From: an uncultured delta proteobacterium
GTDB taxonomy: Bacteria; Desulfobacterota; Binatia; UBA9968
Length of the DNA: 64,000 bases
Direction of reading: 5' to 3'
Assembly: GCA_963728565.1 (NCBI GenBank)
Contig: CAVSLC010000018.1
Span: 1 to 64,000 of the forward strand
Shown in pieces: positions 57,096 to 64,000 of this stretch; the stretch's first letter is position 1; each line of letters starts with the position of its first letter. The notes under the pieces were generated by a model. The model saw nothing but the letters and a program-made list of their open reading frames with translations, ran no database searches and was not told the DNA's origin. A program made the position numbers and the translations under genes.

Positions 57096-58216
57096 CGACA
57101 AGTTTCAGTTCGCGGCGCATCGGCGCCTTGGTGCGAAAGGAGGCTAAACAGATGCTGCGCGATCCAAGCAGCATCGCCATCGGCATCATTATGCCGGTGC
57201 TGCTCATTTTGCTCTTTGGCTATGGATTATCTCTCGACGTAACCAAAGTGCCGGTGGCGGTTGTTCTGGAAGATCCATCGCCGGCCGCGACGGAATTGGC
57301 CGCCGGCTTTCAACTCTCGCATTATTTCGAGCCGGTATTGCTGACGTCAATGGCTCACGCCGAAGAGCTCATGTTGGCTCGGAAGGTGGACGGCATCATC
57401 CGCATCCGACCTGACTTCGCTCGCACTCTGACTGCCGGCGGCGCCGAAGTGCAAATACTGGTGCACGGGGTTGATGCCAACCGCGCCCGCATCATTCAAA
57501 ATTATGCCCAGGGGGCGGTTGGCCAGTGGACTGCGCGGCGAGCGGCTCGAGGAATCGAAGTGGTTGCTGGTCCGGCGACGGTGCAAAGCCGCATGTGGTT
57601 CAACGAGGCCAACGAAAGCCGCTATTTCCTGGTGCCCGGATTGATCGTTTTGATCATGACTTTGATCGGCGCCTTACTTACCACGCTGGTAATGGCCCGT
57701 GAATGGGAACGCGGCACACTGGAGGCGTTGTTCGTGACCCCGGTCCGGACCGATGAAATCTTGCTTGGAAAAACGATTCCTTATTTCATTCTAGGCATGA
57801 TCGGTTTGGTGCTCTGTCTGCTCGCCGCCAAGTTTCTGTTCGCCGTTCCGTTTCGCGGTTCGGTAACGGTGCTCGCCGGCGCGTCCATGCTTTACCTGCT
57901 GGTGGCTCTCGGGATCGGTCTGCTGATCTCTTCGGCGGTGAAAAACCAGTTCGTTGCCAGTCAGATCACCTTGCTGGTTTCGTTTCTTCCGGCGGTCATG
58001 CTGTCGGGATTTCTCTTCGACCTGCGCAGTATGCCGGACTTGGTGCGGACGATCACTTACGTGCTGCCGGCGCGTTATTACGTGGCCTTACTCCAGACGA
58101 TTTTTTTCGCCGGAGATATTTGGCCTGTGATTATTCCCAACGCTCTGGTGCTGGCTGCAATGGCCGCGGTGCTGGTTATTTTCACCAGAAGGGTCACTAC
58201 GAAGAGGCTTGCTTAA
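57092..58216 (+). CDS. ABC-2 permease (YbhS-like)
   Basis: LVRKE..QMLRD, AREWERGTLE. Confidence 0.88.
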   Translation: MTTSFSSRRIGALVRKEAKQMLRDPSSIAIGIIMPVLLILLFGYGLSLDVTKVPVAVVLEDPSPAATELAAGFQLSHYFEPVLLTSMAHAEELMLARKVDGIIRIRPDFARTLTAGGAEVQILVHGVDANRARIIQNYAQGAVGQWTARRAARGIEVVAGPATVQSRMWFNEANESRYFLVPGLIVLIMTLIGALLTTLVMAREWERGTLEALFVTPVRTDEILLGKTIPYFILGMIGLVLCLLAAKFLFAVPFRGSVTVLAGASMLYLLVALGIGLLISSAVKNQFVASQITLLVSFLPAVMLSGFLFDLRSMPDLVRTITYVLPARYYVALLQTIFFAGDIWPVIIPNALVLAAMAAVLVIFTRRVTTKRLA

Positions 58217-58222
58217 TAAACG

Positions 58223-59340
58223 ATGCTCGACACCCTGTACCGCATACTCGCTCTGACGCGAAAGGAGTTGTTGGCGATTCTCAAAGATCCACGCAGCCGG
58301 TTTAGCCTTATTCTGCCACCGATTTTGCAGTGCCTCATTTATGGCTATGTGGCGACCTATGACTTAAATCATGTTCCCTATGCCGTGTTCGACCACGATC
58401 GCAGCGCGGCGTCGCAACAACTGCTGGCAAGAATAGACGGCTCGGGAGTTTTCCAGCGAGTGGCAATCTCGAGCGCGATCTTGACGTGAAGACTGTCATC
58501 GATCAGCGGCGCGCTTTGCTGGTCATTCGGATCGATCGCGATTTCGAGCGGCGCTTGCTCTCAGGTATGCCGGCGACCGTGCAAGTCATTGCCGACGGGC
58601 GCAATTCCAATACCGCCGGCACAGCGATGGGCTACGTTAATGCCATTGTCAACGAGTTCAACGCGGATTGGCGCAACCACCACGGCCAAGGTGGAGCGCC
58701 GATCCGGATCACTACCCGGGCTTGGTACAACCCGAATCTCGAGACTCGCTGGCACATGATTCCAGCTCTCATCGGCACTTTGACATTGATTCAGACGCTG
58801 CTTCTAACCGGCTTGTCAGTGGCGCGCGAGCGCGAGCAGGGGACCTTTGATCAGTTGCTGGTGACGCCGTTTCGGCCGGCGGAGATCATGGCGGGCAAGG
58901 CGCTGCCCGCGGTAGTCGTTGGAATCGTCCAGGCGACTATGGTTTTGCTGGTGGCGCAACTCTGGTTTCAAATCCCGTTTGCGGGGTCGTTTGTTACGCT
59001 TTATGTGGGTCTCGGCGTTTTTCTGCTCGCGGCGATCGGCATCGGGCTGTTGCTATCGTCGCTGGCCGCGACCATGCAGCAGGCGATGCTATTTTCTTTT
59101 CTTCTGATCATGCCCTTTTCATTGTTATCAGGGTTGACCACGCCGATCAGTAGTATGCCGATGGTTCTGCAGTACCTGACCCTGCTTAACCCGCTGCGTT
59201 ATGCCATCGATATTGCTCATCGGGTGTATCTCGAGGGAGTAGGTCTGAATTTTTTAATACCTGAGCTTTGGCCCCTGGCGCTCATGGCCGCGGTCACGCT
59301 CTCGGCAGCCTCATGGATGTTTCGCCATCGGCTAACCTAA
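58223..59340 (+). CDS. ABC-2 permease (YbhR-like; frameshift near 58465)
   Basis: RKELL, DGRNSN, AREREQGTFDQLLVTP. Confidence 0.88.
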
Positions 59341-59380
59341 ACAGAGACATGCAAGCAATACTCAGATCAAGGACAATCCA

Positions 59381-60823
59381 ATGAGCCTCGGTAAATTCGC
59401 AAGTAATTCTCGTGCCGTCTGGGCAGTGATGATTCTGGTGGCGGGATGCTCCGTCGGCCCGAATTATAAACCGCCGGAGATCTCAGTTCCGGCAAGCTGG
59501 AATGAAGCGCAGCAATCCGACTTCGACACTGGGCCTGCGCCACTGAAGGATTGGTGGACGGAGTTCAACGATCCATTGCTCGATACGCTGGTGGCGCGAG
59601 CCGTGCAGTTGAACCTGGATATCCGCTTAGCTGAGGCACGCATTCGAGAGTCGCGGGCGCTCAGGGCAGCGACGGCAGCGGATGCATGGCCGGGCCTGGA
59701 CGCTGCGGGTTCTTACAGGCGAAGCCGCTCGAGTGAGAACGCGTCTGTTTCCGGCGGAGACGGCGACGCCTTTTCAGGCGGCAATGGCGCAGGCGATCTC
59801 TTCAGGGCCGGTTTCGACGCCAGTTGGGAAGTCGATATCTTTGGCGGGGTGCGGCGGAGGGTGGAAGCGGCCGACGCCAATATCGCTGCATCGGTCGAAG
59901 AGCGGCGCAGTGCGTTGGTGACCTTGCTCGGTGACGTCGCCAGGAATTATATCGAGGTGCGTGGTTTTCAACGCCGGCTGGCAGTGGCGCGATCCAATCT
60001 TCGCGCACAACAAGAAACGTTGGAACTAACCAGAGTGCGGTTTGAAGCGGGGCTCTCGAGCGACTTCGAGGTGGCGCAGGCCGAAGGCCAGGTGAACACG
60101 ACCGCGGCGCAGATCCCAGCTCTCGAAAGCGCGCTCAAGGGAAGCGTGCATCGTCTCGATGTGCTGCTCGGCCAACAACCGGGCGCGCTTTGGGCGGAAC
60201 TCAGCAATGAGGCGCCGGTCCCGGCATTGCCGCCTCAGGCGCATGTCGGTATGCCTGCCGAGCTCCTCAGAAGGAGGCCGGATATCCGGCGCGCCGAGCG
60301 GGTCTTAGCCTCTACGACCGCGCAAGTCGGCGCCGCAACGGCTGATCTGTATCCGAGATTTTCGTTGACTGGAGCTTTTGGCTTCCAGAGTATCAGTGCA
60401 AGCGACTTGATCTCCGCTCCGAGCCGTTTCTGGTCGATAGGGCCGAGGATTTTCTGGCCGGTTTTCGATGCCGGCAGGATTCGCGCCAACATTGCCGTGC
60501 GCAACGCGCAGCAGGAGCAAGCTCTGACGTTGTATGAGAAAACTGTTCTGACGGCGTTCGAGGATGTGGAAAATTCTCTGGTGAACTACGCCAAGGAACA
60601 AACCCGATATCGCGCTTTGATGGATGCGGTGGCCGCCAACCGCCGCGCTGTGCAGATGGCCAACGAGCTTTATACCAGAGGTCTGGTCGATTTTCTCAAT
60701 GTGCTGGAAACGCAGCGCTCGCTGTATGCGTCCGAAAGCGAGCTCGCCCAAAGCGAAACGGTCATGGCGTCGAATCTGGTTGCCCTGTATAAGGCGCTGG
60801 GCGGCGGCTGGGAGACGGACTAA
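59381..60823 (+). CDS. NodT/OprM-family outer membrane lipoprotein
   Basis: AGCSVGPNY, WW..FNDP, LYKALGGGW. Confidence 0.92.
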   Translation: MSLGKFASNSRAVWAVMILVAGCSVGPNYKPPEISVPASWNEAQQSDFDTGPAPLKDWWTEFNDPLLDTLVARAVQLNLDIRLAEARIRESRALRAATAADAWPGLDAAGSYRRSRSSENASVSGGDGDAFSGGNGAGDLFRAGFDASWEVDIFGGVRRRVEAADANIAASVEERRSALVTLLGDVARNYIEVRGFQRRLAVARSNLRAQQETLELTRVRFEAGLSSDFEVAQAEGQVNTTAAQIPALESALKGSVHRLDVLLGQQPGALWAELSNEAPVPALPPQAHVGMPAELLRRRPDIRRAERVLASTTAQVGAATADLYPRFSLTGAFGFQSISASDLISAPSRFWSIGPRIFWPVFDAGRIRANIAVRNAQQEQALTLYEKTVLTAFEDVENSLVNYAKEQTRYRALMDAVAANRRAVQMANELYTRGLVDFLNVLETQRSLYASESELAQSETVMASNLVALYKALGGGWETD

Positions 60824-60891
60824 GACAAGTATAAAAGATGAAAGCGGAAAGATGAAACGTCGCCCGCGCGGGCCGGTGATTACGGATTCGA

Positions 60892-61494
60892 TTATGGATT
60901 GTTACTCGGCAGTGCCTGCGCGATTTCGATCCAGTTGCGGTGCCTGCTTACCAGCTCATGTTGCGTATTTTTCCGGTTCCATGGGCGATCCAGCAATGCA
61001 ACGGGAGTCTTCATCTGAGATGCCAAATACATTGCCATGATCGGCGAGTCTTCCACAGCCCAACAGAAGCTGTGACTGATCAGGGCCTCGAGAGAGATGC
61101 ATTGGCTGCCATCGGGTGCGAACCGGCCATATTTATCGACGATCAATATCCTGTTATGGGGCACCCCGTGTTTATTTAGCCATTGCACGGAAGGCTCATA
61201 GGTGTCCGGTGGGCGGCCCGTGACGATGGCAATCTCGTAGCCGGCAGCGCTCCATTGCTGCAAAACCTCGACGGCTCCTGGAATCGGCGGGATGTTTAAG
61301 AGCTCCTCACCCTGATGCACGATCCGGTACAACTGCTGTTTTTCCTCTGCCGTGAGCTCGCAAGCCTGGCCGACATCGAAATCGGTGAGTTGCTCAAAGG
61401 TAAATCTTTTCCCGAAATCTCTTTCGAGAATCGTTAGAAAGTGCTGCGCCGTTTGGCACAAGACATCATCCATGTCGACGTAAACGGATTGCAT
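60892..61494 (-). CDS. 5'(3')-deoxyribonucleotidase-like HAD protein
   Basis: VDMDDVL, VTGR, VED, PWN. Confidence 0.7.
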   Translation of the reverse strand: MQSVYVDMDDVLCQTAQHFLTILERDFGKRFTFEQLTDFDVGQACELTAEEKQQLYRIVHQGEELLNIPPIPGAVEVLQQWSAAGYEIAIVTGRPPDTYEPSVQWLNKHGVPHNRILIVDKYGRFAPDGSQCISLEALISHSFCWAVEDSPIMAMYLASQMKTPVALLDRPWNRKNTQHELVSRHRNWIEIAQALPSNNP

Positions 61495-61963
61495 GTAGTC
61501 ATTCCTTCACCACGTCAGTTGCGATGGTTGCGACGCTTCCGGTATCCGCCAGAATCGAGTAATTTTTCGCTACAATCAACCTTATCGCTTCTTGTGCGCG
61601 AGCTCATCTGCTGGATTGCTCGATCTTCTCGCCGGGCTATCTGACAGGTTAAGGTCTGATTCATCTTGCATCTTGCAGTCGGAAGTGAAACAGCGATCAA
61701 TGGGCAAGCACTCCGGAGCGAACCAAGACAATGGACCTGTGCCCTGTAGCGTTTGCAATCTTTGTTGCTGCAGGGACTTTCCGGCGAATCATTAGCCATG
61801 TACCAAGCGCCAAACATGAGGTTGAATCTGCTCGCTTCTGTTTCTTTCGCTCCCCAGGTCGCGCGCTCGATCGGTCCCAAACGACTCTCTCCTGCGAAAT
61901 CCGGGTTTATTCATTATTGAGTTTCCCGCGGCCTGTTTCTATACTTCTGCACTGGAGAAAATT

Positions 61964-62761
61964 ATGTCTTTGTTGAAGATTGCTACCTGGAACGTCAATG
62001 GCATTCGCGCGCGCGAAGCCCAGGTGCTCGAATGGGTCGAGCGCGAGCGACCGGACGTTGTCTGTCTTCAGGAATTGAAATCGACCGTGGCGCAGGTTCC
62101 CGCGGCGCTTTGCGAGCTGCAGGGCTATCGATGCTACTGGCATGGCGCGCGCGCTTATTCGGGAGTCGGTCTGCACATACGCCGCGACGCTTTTGCCGAG
62201 GAGCCGCGCTTCTTTCATCCTTCCTTCGATTTCGAAACCCGTGTGGTCGCAGCGCAAATGGACGATCTGGTGGTGGTCTCGGCTTATGTTCCAAACGGCG
62301 GTAAAGATTTTGCGGCAAAAATGCAGTTCCTGCGCGATATGGAAAACTATGTTGACGAAGTTCACGCCAGTGGCGCCCGGCTGGTTTTCTGTGGCGATCT
62401 CAACATTGCGCGAAGCGAGCGCGATGTGCATCCGAAGGAGCGAAATCCCGCGATCATCGGGCAACGGCCGGAGGAGAGAGAATTGTTCGAGCGAATTCTT
62501 AATCATGGTCTTGTGGACGTTGGACGGGCGCTTGATCCGGATAATGAAAACCTTTTCACCTGGTGGGCGCCGTGGCGTCGCATGCGCGAGCGCAATATCG
62601 GCTGGCGGCTCGACTACGTTCTCGCCACCCAGTCTCTAGCAGCGCGCGCTTCGCAGTGCTTGGTCTATCGTGAAATCGGCACCAGCGATCACGCGCCGGT
62701 GGTCGCGCTATTCAATCTCGATGATGATACCGGTGAAACGGTGATGGTAGAACCCGTATGA
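61964..62761 (+). CDS. xth: Exodeoxyribonuclease III
   Basis: TWNVNG, LQE, YVPNG, GDLN, RLDY, SDHAP. Confidence 0.93.
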   Translation: MSLLKIATWNVNGIRAREAQVLEWVERERPDVVCLQELKSTVAQVPAALCELQGYRCYWHGARAYSGVGLHIRRDAFAEEPRFFHPSFDFETRVVAAQMDDLVVVSAYVPNGGKDFAAKMQFLRDMENYVDEVHASGARLVFCGDLNIARSERDVHPKERNPAIIGQRPEERELFERILNHGLVDVGRALDPDNENLFTWWAPWRRMRERNIGWRLDYVLATQSLAARASQCLVYREIGTSDHAPVVALFNLDDDTGETVMVEPV

Positions 62762-63417
62762 AAAAAGATCGTGCGCAGCCGGACGATCTGAGCCACTTCG
62801 GCAGGCTGGCAGAATACAATCGCAAGCGTCACTTCGGTGTCACCCCGGAGCCCCAGGGCAAGCCCGGCCGGCCAAACAGGAAAACTTTAGAATTCGTCGT
62901 TCAAAAACACCGCGCCAGCCGGCTGCACTATGATTTTCGTTTAGAGCACGAGGGGGTCATGCTCTCATGGGCAGTGCCAAAGGGCCCATCCACCGATCCG
63001 GCGAACAAGCGATTTGCAATGCAAACCGAAGATCACCCGATGGAGTACAACCAATTTGAAGGCGTAATCCCGGAAGGGGAATACGGCGGCGGCACCGTAA
63101 TGATTTGGGACCGAGGCACGTGGGAGCCCGAAGTGGATGATGTCGAGAAGGCGCTCGCCAAAGGCGACCTGAAATTTAAACTTAACGGGAAGAAGCTGCG
63201 CGGCTCCTGGGTGCTCGTGCGCATGCGGCCAAGGCAGTGGTTGTTGATTAAGCACCGTGATACCGCCGCCTCTGAGGAGGACATCACAGACGCGAAACCC
63301 CGTTCCGCTGTATCTCGTCGAAGCCTAGCAGGAATCGCGCGCAAGGCGGGCGCAACTCCTCGACAGCTGGCGCAAGCAGAAGAAGCAGACCGATCTGCGT
63401 CAATACCAGCCGAATAA
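62758..63417 (+). CDS. Stand-alone LigD 3'-phosphoesterase domain
   Basis: FVVQKH.A..LHYDFRLE, SWAVPKGP, EDHP..Y, WDRG. Confidence 0.9.
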   Translation: MKKDRAQPDDLSHFGRLAEYNRKRHFGVTPEPQGKPGRPNRKTLEFVVQKHRASRLHYDFRLEHEGVMLSWAVPKGPSTDPANKRFAMQTEDHPMEYNQFEGVIPEGEYGGGTVMIWDRGTWEPEVDDVEKALAKGDLKFKLNGKKLRGSWVLVRMRPRQWLLIKHRDTAASEEDITDAKPRSAVSRRSLAGIARKAGATPRQLAQAEEADRSASIPAE

Positions 63418-63523
63418 ACTGAAGGTTTCTTAGATTGAATGATGCGATCGCGTCGCGCACTCTAAACTGTACCTAGCGCGGGCTTTTACGGGGAGCTTAA
63501 TCAAGAACTAGCGGCGCGAGGCG

Positions 63524-64000
63524 TTACGATCTTAGATTGTCAGCGGCAAAACCTAAATCGCTGGTATCGTACTGTAGCAACAAATCCTCCGCATCGCGGT
63601 AAATTGCCACGCAGCCGGCGCGGCGCAGTTCCTCCTGGGTCCAGCCGCCGCACAGTAAGCCAATGGTTTTTATGTTTGCCTTGGAAGCAGCCTGCGCATC
63701 GTAGGGTGTGTCGCCGATCACGACGGCATTTTCGGGCGCTACGCCTTTTAAACGAGCCAGGGCCGCCTGGAAGATATCCGGGTACGGCTTGGATCTTTCG
63801 GCGTCATCGGACGAAGTTTCACTTTCGATCAGATCGTCGATTCGAGCAATTTTCTTGTACACGTCGAGTTCATCCGCCTTTGCGGAGGATGCCAGAACGA
63901 TTTGTTTGCCGTCTTTTTTTATTCGCTGGAACAATTCCCGCACTCTCGGAAATGCTCGTACGCGGGGCAGATAATCTTTTTTAAATATCTCACTACGGTA
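63524..64000 (-). CDS. HAD family hydrolase (5' end outside the window)
   Basis: LASS, KPYPD, IGDTPYD. Confidence 0.85.
   Translation of the reverse strand, partial: YRSEIFKKDYLPRVRAFPRVRELFQRIKKDGKQIVLASSAKADELDVYKKIARIDDLIESETSSDDAERSKPYPDIFQAALARLKGVAPENAVVIGDTPYDAQAASKANIKTIGLLCGGWTQEELRRAGCVAIYRDAEDLLLQYDTSDLGFAADNLRS

Noticed and set aside
55112-58216. 1034-aa ATPase-permease fusion ORF
   Set aside because: The YbhF tail (EPTMEDAFI) is in another frame and ends in an ATGA overlap with the permease start, so the fusion is a frameshift artifact.
61500-61960. Cys-containing ORF or riboswitch in the intergenic region
   Set aside because: No family motif or convincing RNA consensus seen.

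Overview
The window appears to join two genomes at about 14,288, and it contains many single-base frameshifts, probably long-read errors, densest in the first 14 kb. Left part (1-14.3 kb, GC-rich, Rhizobiales-like): two sugar uptake/catabolism loci, a 3' tRNA-Val fragment resembling an att scar, and a phhA-hppD-Lrp-MarR-hmgA Phe/Tyr catabolic cluster whose next gene (fahA-like) stops after 8 codons. Right part (lower GC; gene content suggests a Binatia/deltaproteobacterium-like organism, by inference): a 5'-truncated acr3; an ~17 kb copper island (leader ORFs, cytochrome c-CusF fusion, Cys-rich CorE-like ECF sigma, TolC/multicopper oxidase, a ~30% Met secreted protein, CusCBA, CopA); NMT1-type binding proteins and amidohydrolases; a 410-bp inverted duplication carrying a sigma54 promoter, a Flp pilin and the start of a Zn-finger gene, flanking a sigma54 activator with Asp->Glu at its phosphoacceptor; RND and YbhGFSR efflux systems; and xth with a stand-alone LigD phosphoesterase. 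The best novel-system candidates are the inverted flp/sigma54 module, the two GPP...LRI leader peptides, and the ECF regulon with a shared GTGTAAT-N14-TGCGTC promoter.
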